Positions 42,154-51,471 of a DNA stretch of 64,000 nucleotides are shown here, in pieces. A program made the position numbers and the translations under genes. This DNA is from an uncultured Clostridia bacterium (lineage in GTDB: Bacteria > Bacillota > Clostridia > TANB77 > CAG-508). The notes beneath the pieces were generated by a model that did not search any database, was not told the origin of the DNA, and saw only the letters and a list, made by a program, of their open reading frames with translations. The stretch's first letter is position 1. Every line of letters starts with the position of its first letter. The stretch lies in assembly GCA_949745595.1 (NCBI GenBank), contig CATJWN010000038.1:1096-65095 (forward strand), in the 5' to 3' direction.

Positions 42154-43248
42154 ATGAAGAAAAAAGAGGTTATTGGAATAATCATTGCTGTAGTAGTTAT
42201 CATTGCAGTATTAGTTGGAATGGTTATCTATAAAAAAAAATCGGTGGAGACTTCCGGAAAAGTTGATGGTAGTGATCAAAGCCAAACACAAGAAATTGAA
42301 GAAGGTGAGGAAGAGGAGCCAAAGACTACAGCTAGTAAGAATATAAAGATATATTCTGGAAATGATAGACCAATAGCACTTATGGTTGATAATAATGTCA
42401 ATGCACAACCACAATCTGGAATAAATTCAGCTTTTGTAGTTTATGAAATTATTGTTGAAGGAAATGAAACTAGACTTATGCCTGTTTTCAAAGGTGTAGA
42501 TGACGATTTGAAAGTAGGACCAGTTCGTAGTGTAAGACATTATTATATAGATTACATGAATGAAAATGATGCTATTTGTGCACATTTAGGACAAAGTCCA
42601 CAAGCAGAAAGTGATATAAAAATTTTCAAAATGGATGACATAAATGGACAAACTTATGATACTGGAAAAGCAAGAACAAGTACATCACTATTTTGGAGAG
42701 AATCTCCACACGGAAATAAAGCACCACATAATGCCTATACAAGTATTGGTAGCTTAAAGAAAATTGCTAAAGACAGAGGATATAAGTTGACTTCTACAGC
42801 AGATAGTGTTTTGAATTATGTTGAAAATGAAGTGAATCTTCAAAGTAATACAGATGCGAATACAGTTACAATTCCTTATGCTTCTAGCCATAAGGTAAAA
42901 TATGTTTATGATGAAACAACAAAGAGATATACTAGATATTCAAAAGGGAAATTACAAAAGGATGGAGAGACTGGAGAAGATATTACAGCTAAGAATATAA
43001 TTATTTCTTTAGTATATAACTATTCTTTAGATGATGGCGAAGGTAAAGGTAGACAAACTTTAAATAATGTTGGAACAGCAAATGGTTACTATATCACTAA
43101 TGGTAAAGCGTCACCAATCTTGTGCGAGAAAAATAGTAGAACAGGACAAACTATTTACAAAAATCACAATGGAGACGAAATTGAAGTTAATGATGGAAAC
43201 ACTTTCATAAATATAGTACCGATTAATGCAGAAATTGAATTTGAATAA
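42154..43248 (+). CDS. DUF3048-family secreted/membrane-anchored protein (YerB-like)
   Basis: N-terminal TM helix. NAQPQSGINSAFVVYEIIVEGNETRLMPVF...GPVRSVRHYY matches the DUF3048 pattern. Confidence 0.6.
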   Translation: MKKKEVIGIIIAVVVIIAVLVGMVIYKKKSVETSGKVDGSDQSQTQEIEEGEEEEPKTTASKNIKIYSGNDRPIALMVDNNVNAQPQSGINSAFVVYEIIVEGNETRLMPVFKGVDDDLKVGPVRSVRHYYIDYMNENDAICAHLGQSPQAESDIKIFKMDDINGQTYDTGKARTSTSLFWRESPHGNKAPHNAYTSIGSLKKIAKDRGYKLTSTADSVLNYVENEVNLQSNTDANTVTIPYASSHKVKYVYDETTKRYTRYSKGKLQKDGETGEDITAKNIIISLVYNYSLDDGEGKGRQTLNNVGTANGYYITNGKASPILCEKNSRTGQTIYKNHNGDEIEVNDGNTFINIVPINAEIEFE

Positions 43249-43259
43249 AAGGAAGTAGA

Positions 43260-44162
43260 ATGAACAATTTTAAATCAGGATTTGTTAGCTTAGTTGGACG
43301 TACCAATGTTGGTAAGTCCACTTTGCTAAATGCTCTTGTAAAAGAGAAAGTAGCAATTACAACTAGCAAAACTCAAACTACAAGAACAGCTATAAAAGCA
43401 ATAATAAATAGTGAGAATTATCAGATAATAATAACTGACACGCCTGGTATACATAAACCAAAAACAAAACTTGGAGAGACAATGATAGATACTGCTTTTG
43501 GAATGTTCTCTGAGGTAGATTGCATATTGTTTTTGATAGAAGCTACTTCTACTGAGATAGGTAGAGGAGATAGCAAAATTTTAGAAAAAATTAAAAAGGC
43601 AGGAAAACCTTGCATTTTAGTTATAAATAAAATTGATTTAGTGAAGAAAGAAGAACTTGCAAAATTAATTGATATTTATAGCAAAGAATATAATTTTTCT
43701 AGTGTAATTCCAATTTCTGCGTACAAACAAAAAAATACAGATATTTTAATTTCAGAAATTGAAAAATTGATGCCTTATGGTCCAAAGTACTATGAAGAGG
43801 ATGAGTATACAGACCAAACTTCAAGACAATTAGTAGAAGAATTAATTAGAGAAAAAGCACTAAAATTTCTAAATGAAGAAGTGCCACATGGAATATATGT
43901 TGAAGTAGAAAAATTTAAAAATAGAAAAACTACAAAAGGTGAAGACATTTATGATATTGATGCTACGATATATTGCTTAAGAGAGTCACATAAAGGCATT
44001 ATAATAGGAAAAGGTGGAGCAATGCTTAAGAAGATTTCTACCTATGCAAGAGAAGATAGTGAGAAAATGCTTGGTACAAAAGTAAACCTAAAAGTATGGG
44101 TTAAAGTTAAAGAAGATTGGCAAGAAAAAGATAATATAGTTAATAAATTTAAATTAAAATAA
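43260..44162 (+). CDS. era: GTPase Era
   Basis: GFVSLVGRTNVGKSTLLN (G1), DTPG, NKID and a C-terminal KH domain. Confidence 0.9.
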   Translation: MNNFKSGFVSLVGRTNVGKSTLLNALVKEKVAITTSKTQTTRTAIKAIINSENYQIIITDTPGIHKPKTKLGETMIDTAFGMFSEVDCILFLIEATSTEIGRGDSKILEKIKKAGKPCILVINKIDLVKKEELAKLIDIYSKEYNFSSVIPISAYKQKNTDILISEIEKLMPYGPKYYEEDEYTDQTSRQLVEELIREKALKFLNEEVPHGIYVEVEKFKNRKTTKGEDIYDIDATIYCLRESHKGIIIGKGGAMLKKISTYAREDSEKMLGTKVNLKVWVKVKEDWQEKDNIVNKFKLK

Positions 44163-44218
44163 TTCCAGTATAAATCTTCTAAATTTACAAAAGATAAACC
44201 TTAGAGGAGATGATTGAT

Positions 44219-44347
44219 ATGATTAAACAATTAGCTTGGAATACATTTAAGGAAACTGGAGATATAAAAACATATCTAGAATTTAAGGAAGTAAAAAATA
44301 TAGAAGAAAAAATGAAGGTAATTTTGGATGAAACAATTAAAAGTTAG
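44219..44347 (+). CDS. yqzL: YqzL-family small protein (42 aa; below the track cutoff)
   Basis: MIKQLAWNTFKETGDIKTYLEFKEV, and the conserved position between era and recO as in Bacillus. Confidence 0.55.
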   Translation: MIKQLAWNTFKETGDIKTYLEFKEVKNIEEKMKVILDETIKS

Positions 44348-45057
44348 TGGAGTAATAATTGCAGAAAATAATATGGGTGATTATGATAAAATGGTTACTT
44401 TACTTACACCAAATTTAGGAAAGATATCTTGTAGTGCTAGAGGGGCAAGAAGGGCTAAAAGCCTTTTGCTCAGCCGGCACTCAATTTTTATGCTTTGGAG
44501 AATATCAGCTTTTTAAAGGCGGAGATACATATAAAATCAACTCTTGTGAGACTATTGAAATGTTTTATAACATAAGAACTGATTTAGATAAATTAACTTA
44601 TGCATCATATATAACTAAAATTGTAAATGATGTTACTACTGAAAATCAGAATTCTTATAATACACTAAAATTATTTTTAAATACTTTATATGCAATTTCT
44701 GAAACAGACAAATCCTTAGATTTAATAACTTCTGTTTTTAAGTTAAGACTGCTTAAAATACTTGGATTTGCTCCAAACACTAAAACTTGTGTATCTTGTA
44801 AAACAGAAGAAGAGTTAACTAATTTTAGCATAAAAGACAATGGATTTAAATGTAAGAATTGTAGTAAACAAGATCCTGGTAGTATAGAAATGAAAGAGCC
44901 TACGAAAAATGCAATAAAATATATTATGATATCAGATCCTAAAAAAATATTTTCTTTTTCACTTTCAGAAGAGGGGATAAAAGAGCTAGAACTTATTAGT
45001 AATATCTACTTAAATGAGAAATTGGAGAAAGAGTATAAACTAGAAAAACTATTTTAA
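44328..45057 (+). CDS. recO: DNA repair protein RecO; needs a +1 shift at in-frame CGG 44475-44477
   Basis: OB-fold N-terminus and a zinc motif (CVSC...CKNC). Junction ...ARRAKSLLLS-GTQFLCFGEYQLF. Confidence 0.8.
44475..44477 (+). other. In-frame CGG / +1 shift site (recO)
   Basis: agc CGG cac. Skipping the C gives GGC ACT CAA TTT = GTQF. Confidence 0.8.
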
Positions 45058-45152
45058 ATTAAGGCACAAAAAATTTACTTGCTTTTTGATTTATTAAAAG
45101 GTATAATGAAGTTGCAAAAGGAAAGTAAAAATAAAAGGTTAGGAGTGATTTT

Positions 45153-45695
45153 ATGAATATTACAATTACAGGAAAAGATTTACAAGCTACAGATGCAATT
45201 AAAGATTATGTAGCAAAAAAAGTAGAAAGAATAGAAAAATACTTTACAAATGATTTAGACAATATGGAAGTAAATGTTACTATTAAAGCTGAAAAATCAG
45301 CTCAAGTTGCTGAAATGTATGTATCAGTTAGAAGTGATGTTTATAAAGCAGTTACAGAAGACAGAGATTTATATGCTTCAATTGATAAAGATATTGATAT
45401 ATTAGAAGGACAAATCAGAAAAGCAAAAACCAAAAGAGAGAAAATGCAAAAAGATGCATCTCTTAAACAAATAGCAATAGATGGTTCAGTTACAACACAT
45501 GCAGTTGAAAATGAAATAGTAAAAACTATGTATTATGATGTAAAACCAATGAGCCCAGAAGATGCAATTTTGAAATTACAAGAGAGGCCAACAAGTCAAT
45601 TCTTAGCATTTATTAACATAGAAACAAACAAAGTAAATGTTATTTTCAAATTAAAAGACGGAAAAAATTATGGACTTGTAGAGCCAGAAGCATAA
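45153..45695 (+). CDS. hpf: Ribosome hibernation-promoting factor (long HPF)
   Basis: MNITITGKDLQATDAIKDYVAKKVERIEKYF. At 180 aa it includes the C-terminal dimerisation domain. Confidence 0.85.
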   Translation: MNITITGKDLQATDAIKDYVAKKVERIEKYFTNDLDNMEVNVTIKAEKSAQVAEMYVSVRSDVYKAVTEDRDLYASIDKDIDILEGQIRKAKTKREKMQKDASLKQIAIDGSVTTHAVENEIVKTMYYDVKPMSPEDAILKLQERPTSQFLAFINIETNKVNVIFKLKDGKNYGLVEPEA

Positions 45696-45707
45696 GATAA
45701 GACCAGA

Positions 45708-45736
45708 ACGCCATTCTATAAGAATGGCGTATTTTT
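45708..45736 (+). terminator. Terminator after hpf
   Basis: acgccattct-ataa-gaatggcgt hairpin followed by ATTTTT. Confidence 0.75.
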
Positions 45737-45755
45737 AAAGAAGGAATTGTAAATT

Positions 45756-47525
45756 ATGAATATTATTACAGAAGTAACTAAAAATGGGAGAATACAAGAT
45801 GGAATTGCAACAATACTAAAATTAGACGATGAAACTTTTGAAAAAGTGATAGAAAGAATTAGACCTTTAAATGGTCAAATGGAGGACTTTAATTTTTATT
45901 ATGTAACTGATAAGTGTAGTAGACCAGATAGAGATTATCAATTAGGTTTAGAAGACTTGTATATTGATGGAAAAGAAGTAGTAAGAGGATATTATGCAAA
46001 TGGTTCACGAGTTTCAGTTCAAGAGTTATTTTCAATGTTTGAAAAGTTATTAGCAGGATTCCCAGAAGGTTCTCCATTACATACTAGACTAGAAAGATTA
46101 TTAGAAACTAGAGGATTAGAAGCTTTTAAAGAAAACTATGTTAATACAAATTCGATAACTAATAGTGATGTTGTAAATAAAGTATTTGAAATTTTATTAA
46201 GCCAAGAATTGTTTGAAAAGTTTTTAGATTATGAGAAAAATAAAGATGTTTTTCAAATTGAAGGAGTAGAATCTCCTAAGTATGAAATCTGTACTACTAT
46301 TTCAAAAATTTTTGGTGAGATGCATCATAGTGAAACATCTAGAGAATTAGAAAGAACAAAAGCATATTTCTATATTCCAGAGTTACCTAAGATGCAAGAA
46401 AGAGTAAAACAAGCCTATGACAAAATCAATTTTAATAGATATATAGGTGGAATGTATGAATTCAGAAGTCCTGTTGCAGGAACAGCTATTTCAAGAAAAG
46501 GCGAAGAGCCTGATTTTACAATAAATCCAGAACTAGTATCAGCAGTATATGAAGGAATGCCAAAAGATTTATCACTTGAAGAAAAAGCCACTTTTGTTTA
46601 TGCTAAACTATGTAAGTTACTTTTGTATGATGAGGGTGCTTTATATAAAAGAAGATTAGAAAGAGCAGATTATATCACACCATACTCAAAAGATGTTATG
46701 GAAGCGATAATACCAGGCTCTAAGGTGGATTGTGTAAACTTTTCAAGAATGTTTGCGAAATTTGTAAACCAATTTGATGGTGATATAGGTGCTGTGGTTT
46801 TAGCAAGTGGAGAGGGCAGTAGAATGCACAGCTATGTAGGATTATACACAGAAAATGTGTCAGCAAGCTTTGATGGAACAGGCACACAAGCTGGTGGTGT
46901 ATCTGATGATTTGATGAAAGCAAAACTAGGCTTACCACTTTATGGAATTGTAGCTAGATATGATAAAGATAGAGTTTTAAGTAATGCTGTTAAAAAAGTT
47001 TATCCAATGGTACTAGGTAGAGAGCCAATAACTCAAGCTGAATATATGAAAGCTTTTGAAACTAAGTCAAATATTGAGGTAGGTAAAGATAATTTAGGAG
47101 ATGTATTAAAATTAGCGGTTAAGATTGGTAAAGAAAGAGGATTAGCTGGAAATGAGTTAACACAATTCTTAGATGCGGTTTCACACATGGAGGTATTTGG
47201 ATCATATCTTGAAAAATTTTATATTGGTCAAAAAACTGAAAGAGATGGTGAAAAAAGTTTTGATAGAGTAATTCTATTTCGTAGGTCTTCTTTTGGCTTA
47301 GAAAATGATAATCCTTTTTATGTTGTTGAAACAAAATCAGGTGAGGTAAAAGAATTAGATAAAGAAGGCGTAAGAAAAGCGTATAGAGGTTGTGAGTGGG
47401 AAAGTGAACTTCACAAATGCGAAGATATAGATTTGAGTGGAGAAGTAGAGGAAAATACACCTGACAAGACCCAAAATACACTAAAAAACCCACCGACTGC
47501 ACCAGAAGATCACGGAGATAGATAA
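45756..47525 (+). CDS. Hypothetical 589-aa protein (possible transglutaminase-like Cys/His/Asp core, weak)
   Basis: Long ORF with an RBS. The spacing of VDCVNFSRMFAKF...RMHSYVGLY...SFDGTG is reminiscent of transglutaminase-like folds. This is not a confident family call. Confidence 0.5.
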   Translation: MNIITEVTKNGRIQDGIATILKLDDETFEKVIERIRPLNGQMEDFNFYYVTDKCSRPDRDYQLGLEDLYIDGKEVVRGYYANGSRVSVQELFSMFEKLLAGFPEGSPLHTRLERLLETRGLEAFKENYVNTNSITNSDVVNKVFEILLSQELFEKFLDYEKNKDVFQIEGVESPKYEICTTISKIFGEMHHSETSRELERTKAYFYIPELPKMQERVKQAYDKINFNRYIGGMYEFRSPVAGTAISRKGEEPDFTINPELVSAVYEGMPKDLSLEEKATFVYAKLCKLLLYDEGALYKRRLERADYITPYSKDVMEAIIPGSKVDCVNFSRMFAKFVNQFDGDIGAVVLASGEGSRMHSYVGLYTENVSASFDGTGTQAGGVSDDLMKAKLGLPLYGIVARYDKDRVLSNAVKKVYPMVLGREPITQAEYMKAFETKSNIEVGKDNLGDVLKLAVKIGKERGLAGNELTQFLDAVSHMEVFGSYLEKFYIGQKTERDGEKSFDRVILFRRSSFGLENDNPFYVVETKSGEVKELDKEGVRKAYRGCEWESELHKCEDIDLSGEVEENTPDKTQNTLKNPPTAPEDHGDR

Positions 47526-47628
47526 ATTTCCAAAAATTTCTTGTTTAAAAAATTCATCTTGTGGAATTATATATATTGAAAATACATTTACATGTTTTTT
47601 CAGATAATATAATCGGAGGTGAATTATA

Positions 47629-47829
47629 ATGACAAACAATAATAGAAAAGTAGTTCCAGAAGCTAGAGAATCATTAGAGAAGTTCAAATATGAAGTTGCT
47701 AATGAAGTTGGAGTTAATTTAAAAAACGGTTACAACGGAAACATCTCAGCAAGAGATGCTGGTAAAATCGGTGGTAACATGGTTAGAAAATTAATAGAAA
47801 AAGCTGAAAATGAAATGATAAACAAATAA
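47629..47829 (+). CDS. Small acid-soluble spore protein, alpha/beta type
   Basis: VVPEARESLEKFKYEVANEVGV...ARDAGKIGGNMVRKLIEKAE is the canonical alpha/beta SASP sequence. Confidence 0.9.
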   Translation: MTNNNRKVVPEARESLEKFKYEVANEVGVNLKNGYNGNISARDAGKIGGNMVRKLIEKAENEMINK

Positions 47830-47857
47830 GTGCCGTTTTACAATATAGACACTAAAA

Positions 47858-47886
47858 AGGTAGGTAGAAATACCTACCTTTTTTTA
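47858..47886 (+). terminator. Terminator after the SASP gene
   Basis: aggtaggta-gaaa-tacctacct hairpin followed by a T-run. Confidence 0.8.
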
Positions 47887-47976
47887 CAAATTTTGACATT
47901 GAAAATGTTGAATTAAAATGTAATAATGATATAATAACAATGGAAATGAATTTTAAGTAGAAAAGAGGAATCTAGA

Positions 47977-48855
47977 ATGTACAAACTTATAGCAATTGAT
48001 TTAGATGGTACGCTTTTAAATTCGTTTGGCGAAATTACGCCCAAAACAAAAGATGTATTAAATCAAGTAATAGAAAAAGGAATAAAGGTGGTCTTAGCAT
48101 CAGGTAGACCAGTGAGTGCTATTGAGAATATAGCAACAGAAATTGGAAGCAAAGAATATTTGATTTCTGGAAATGGTGCACTTGTTTATGATATGAGAGA
48201 AGAAAAAGTAATATATGATAAATTTTTGACGAAAGAACAAGTATTAGGAATTGTAGATATTTGTGAGGAAAACAGCATTTATTGTAATGTTTATACAGAA
48301 ACAGAAGTAATTGCAAAATCCTTGAATTATAATGTCCTTTTTTATCATAAAGAAAATGCTAAAAAGCCAGAAGGAAAGAGAACTAATATTAATATAGTGT
48401 CAAACTTGCGAAAATACATAGAGGATTTAGACGAAAATGAAAAGTTTTTAAAAATGACAGTTTGCGATCCTAATAGGTTAATTTTTAATGGAATAATCAG
48501 GAAACTTAGAAACATAAATTCTATTGATGTTTTGGATATTTCACATATGTCTAGGAAGACTATAAAAGATGGTACAGACGATGTACAAATTGAATATTTC
48601 TATACAGAAATTACTAACAAAAATGTAAATAAATGGTCTGCAATAGAATACTTATTAGAAAAAGAAAACATAAAACCAGAAGAGGTAATGGCAATAGGTG
48701 ATAATGTAAATGATAAAGAAATGATTGAAAATGCTGGATTAGGGGTAGTTATGGGAAATAGTAGCCCACAAATGAAAGAATTGGCAGATATTGTCGTTTC
48801 AGATAATAATTCTGATGGGGTAGTAGAAGCGGTGGAAAAGTTTATATTAAGCTAA
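47977..48855 (+). CDS. Cof-type HAD-IIB phosphatase
   Basis: IAIDLDGTLLN (motif I), SGRP and GDNVNDKEM (motif IV). Confidence 0.8.
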   Translation: MYKLIAIDLDGTLLNSFGEITPKTKDVLNQVIEKGIKVVLASGRPVSAIENIATEIGSKEYLISGNGALVYDMREEKVIYDKFLTKEQVLGIVDICEENSIYCNVYTETEVIAKSLNYNVLFYHKENAKKPEGKRTNINIVSNLRKYIEDLDENEKFLKMTVCDPNRLIFNGIIRKLRNINSIDVLDISHMSRKTIKDGTDDVQIEYFYTEITNKNVNKWSAIEYLLEKENIKPEEVMAIGDNVNDKEMIENAGLGVVMGNSSPQMKELADIVVSDNNSDGVVEAVEKFILS

Positions 48856-48961
48856 AATTACAACAATATTAAGTTTTGATTACATATGATTTTTTTGTTG
48901 TTTTTAAGGAGAAAAAAGAGTAAAATAAAATAAAATGATATATTAGGGAGGAAAATTCATT

Positions 48962-49894
48962 ATGGCTATGAATCCAATGCAAAGAAGAGCAAGAAACTCA
49001 TTTTTAACAGGAATGTTAGTAACTTTAGTTGTTATGGCTGTTGTAGTTATTGTGCTTCTTTATAAAATTAATCAATTAAATGAGGATATGGAGAATTTGA
49101 TTAAACTTCAATCTACAGTTGCTGTTGTATCAAAAGATATTAAGTCAGGAGAAGATGTTACAGAAGACCTTCTAAAAAAAGAAACAGTTCAAACTACGAT
49201 ACAAAAAGACAAGATATTTACAAGCACAGATTTTATAGAGCTTGATGATGAAGGAAATGAGCTTGTCTTAGAATATATAAGTAAAGTTGATTTACCAAAA
49301 GGTACAATCATTACAAAAGATATGGTTGCAGAAAAAGGTGAGCAAACTACTGCTGACCAAAGAATTCAAGAGTATAATATGATTACTCTTCCATCACAAT
49401 TAAAAAATGGACAATATATTGATATAAGATATAAATTACCAAGTGGAGCTGATTACATAGTTGCTTCTAAGAAAAAAGTTTTACAATGTACAGCTGATAC
49501 AATTTGGCTAAAAGTTGATGAAGCTGAACTTTTAACAATAGGTTGTGCAGTATATGAATCATATCAGACAAATGGTTCTAAAATATATGCTACACTATAT
49601 TCAGAGGCAGGATTACAAGAAACAGCTTCAACTACATATACACCAAATAATGAGGTGTGGGACGTAATAAATAAAGACCCAAATATCATTACAGAGAGAA
49701 GAAATGAGTTGTCAGCAAAATACAATGATCAAGAACAAGGAAATGCAAGAATTAAGATAGATAGTGCTATATTATCTGATCCATCAGCTGTTCAAACTGG
49801 AGTTCAATCAGAAAAAACATCTTTAAGAACAGCAAGAGAAGCTTTCGTTGCAGAATTAGATGGTACTGGTGAAGTAGGAAGAGTAGATGAATAA
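48962..49894 (+). CDS. CpaB/RcpC-like pilus assembly protein (SAF domain)
   Basis: N-terminal TM helix (FLTGMLVTLVVMAVVVIVLL) followed by a SAF-like segment VAVVSKDIKSGEDVTEDLL. First gene of the Tad-like cluster. Confidence 0.6.
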   Translation: MAMNPMQRRARNSFLTGMLVTLVVMAVVVIVLLYKINQLNEDMENLIKLQSTVAVVSKDIKSGEDVTEDLLKKETVQTTIQKDKIFTSTDFIELDDEGNELVLEYISKVDLPKGTIITKDMVAEKGEQTTADQRIQEYNMITLPSQLKNGQYIDIRYKLPSGADYIVASKKKVLQCTADTIWLKVDEAELLTIGCAVYESYQTNGSKIYATLYSEAGLQETASTTYTPNNEVWDVINKDPNIITERRNELSAKYNDQEQGNARIKIDSAILSDPSAVQTGVQSEKTSLRTAREAFVAELDGTGEVGRVDE

Positions 49895-49909
49895 ATGCGG
49901 AGGACAAAA

Positions 49910-50593
49910 ATGAGAAAGTATGTTTTTTTCGGTGGATATGCCAAAACAGATTTACTATTGTTTTTATCTAAAATGGCAGTTTTATCTGATAAAAAAGTTT
50001 TGTTTGTAGATGGAACAGCATCTGAAGGAGCTAGATATATTGTTCCAGCAATGTCAGCAGGACAAAAATATATAACTACTTTTGAGGGAATTGATATTGC
50101 AGTAGGTTTCTTTGATTTCCAAGATATCTTAGAATATACTGGAGAACAAGCATTAAATTATGATATAGCAATTTTAGATATAGATTCACTTGCAGCATAT
50201 CAAGATTTTGAAATAGAACCACAGGATGAACATTGCTTCGTTACAGGTTTTGATTTATATTCAATAAATAGGGGATTAGAAGTTTTAAAAGGCTTTCAGA
50301 CACCAACAAAAGTTACAAAAGTATATTTCTCGAAAGATATGACTGTAGAGGAAGATGAGTATATAATGCACATAACTCAAGGATTACCAATTAGTTGGAA
50401 TGAAGAGATAGTATATTTTCCTTTTGAAAAGGGAGATCAAAATACTATTAATATAAACCAAAGATTTGGAAAAATAAAAATTAAGGGTTTGAGTAGAAGT
50501 TATTTAGAAGCTTTAGAATTCTTAGCAGAACAGAATTTAGAGCTTACAAATTCAGAAGTTAAAAAAGCTATGAAAATGATGGAAAGAGCTTAG
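49910..50593 (+). CDS. Degenerate ParA/MinD-fold protein (TadZ/CpaE-like, P-loop lost)
   Basis: YVFFGGYAKTDLLLFLS sits where KGGxGKT is expected. KVLFVDGT and YDIAILDID are beta-strands of the fold. I prefer the start at 49910 (GGAGGA 5 nt upstream) over 49895. Confidence 0.5.
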   Translation: MRKYVFFGGYAKTDLLLFLSKMAVLSDKKVLFVDGTASEGARYIVPAMSAGQKYITTFEGIDIAVGFFDFQDILEYTGEQALNYDIAILDIDSLAAYQDFEIEPQDEHCFVTGFDLYSINRGLEVLKGFQTPTKVTKVYFSKDMTVEEDEYIMHITQGLPISWNEEIVYFPFEKGDQNTININQRFGKIKIKGLSRSYLEALEFLAEQNLELTNSEVKKAMKMMERA

Positions 50594-50614
50594 GAATACA
50601 TTGGAGGAAACAAA

Positions 50615-51454
50615 ATGGCAATAATAAGTTTTTGGAGTGGAGATAAGAGGCAAAGTGGTCAGACTTTATCAATGGCAGCTATTGCTACTCAAATGTGCGT
50701 TGAGCATAATATGAGAACTTTAATGATAGATGCCACTTTTGATGATGATACTTTAGAAAGATGTTTTTGGAATGTTAGTAAAAATAACAGTTTTGCCAGA
50801 AAAATAAATAATGGAAAAATAGATATTGCATCTGGAGCTGAAGGATTAGTGAGTGCAGTAGCAAGTAATAAAACTTCACCAGAAATAATTTCTAATTATA
50901 CAAAGATAGTATTTAAAAACAGATTGGATATTTTACCAGGTTTAAAAACCAAAATTATCCAAGAGCATGAGAAGTCTTTAATGCTATATAAAGATTTAGT
51001 AAATGCTGCAAACAAATATTATGATTTAGTTTTTATTGATTTATCCAAAACTCTAAAAAGAGAAACTACGAAGGCGTTGTTAGAAGCTTCTTCAGTTATT
51101 ATGTATACAATGCCACCAAACTTAAAACAAATAGATAATTATATTAGATATAAAAATGGAAGCCCATATATGAAAAAAGGGAATGTTATTCCATTACTTG
51201 CGATATCTGATAGTGATTCAAAATATAATGCAAAAAATGCAGAAAGATATATTGGTGAAAAAGGAACTTTAGCAACAGTTCCATATAATACTTTATTTAT
51301 GGAGTCTGCGTCAGAAGCAGGAGTAGCAAACTTATTTTTACAACTTAGACTTTCAAAATCAGCAGCAGACAAAAACACACAATTCTTAACAGAAGTTTCA
51401 GAATGTGGAAAACGAATAATTTACAAATTACAAGAATTACAATATAGAGTTTAG
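50615..51454 (+). CDS. Second degenerate ParA/MinD-fold protein (TadZ/CpaE-like)
   Basis: AIISFWSGDKRQSGQTLSMAAIA replaces the deviant Walker A. YYDLVFIDLS is Walker B-like. Confidence 0.5.
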   Translation: MAIISFWSGDKRQSGQTLSMAAIATQMCVEHNMRTLMIDATFDDDTLERCFWNVSKNNSFARKINNGKIDIASGAEGLVSAVASNKTSPEIISNYTKIVFKNRLDILPGLKTKIIQEHEKSLMLYKDLVNAANKYYDLVFIDLSKTLKRETTKALLEASSVIMYTMPPNLKQIDNYIRYKNGSPYMKKGNVIPLLAISDSDSKYNAKNAERYIGEKGTLATVPYNTLFMESASEAGVANLFLQLRLSKSAADKNTQFLTEVSECGKRIIYKLQELQYRV

Positions 51455-51471
51455 AGGAAAGGAGCACTTTA

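Noticed and set aside
47526-47628. Forespore (sigma-G-type) promoter upstream of the SASP gene
   Set aside because: It is biologically expected, and there are AT-rich candidates (..aatacat..N..cagataata). However, I could not align a convincing -35/-10 pair with correct spacing by eye, so I do not report it as a feature.
49895-49909. Upstream ATG (MRRTK...) that would place an in-frame CGG at codon 2 of the ParA-like gene
   Set aside because: The sequence atgcGGAGGAcaaaaATG shows that the CGG belongs to the Shine-Dalgarno for the ATG at 49910. The longer start has no RBS, because it abuts the cpaB stop.
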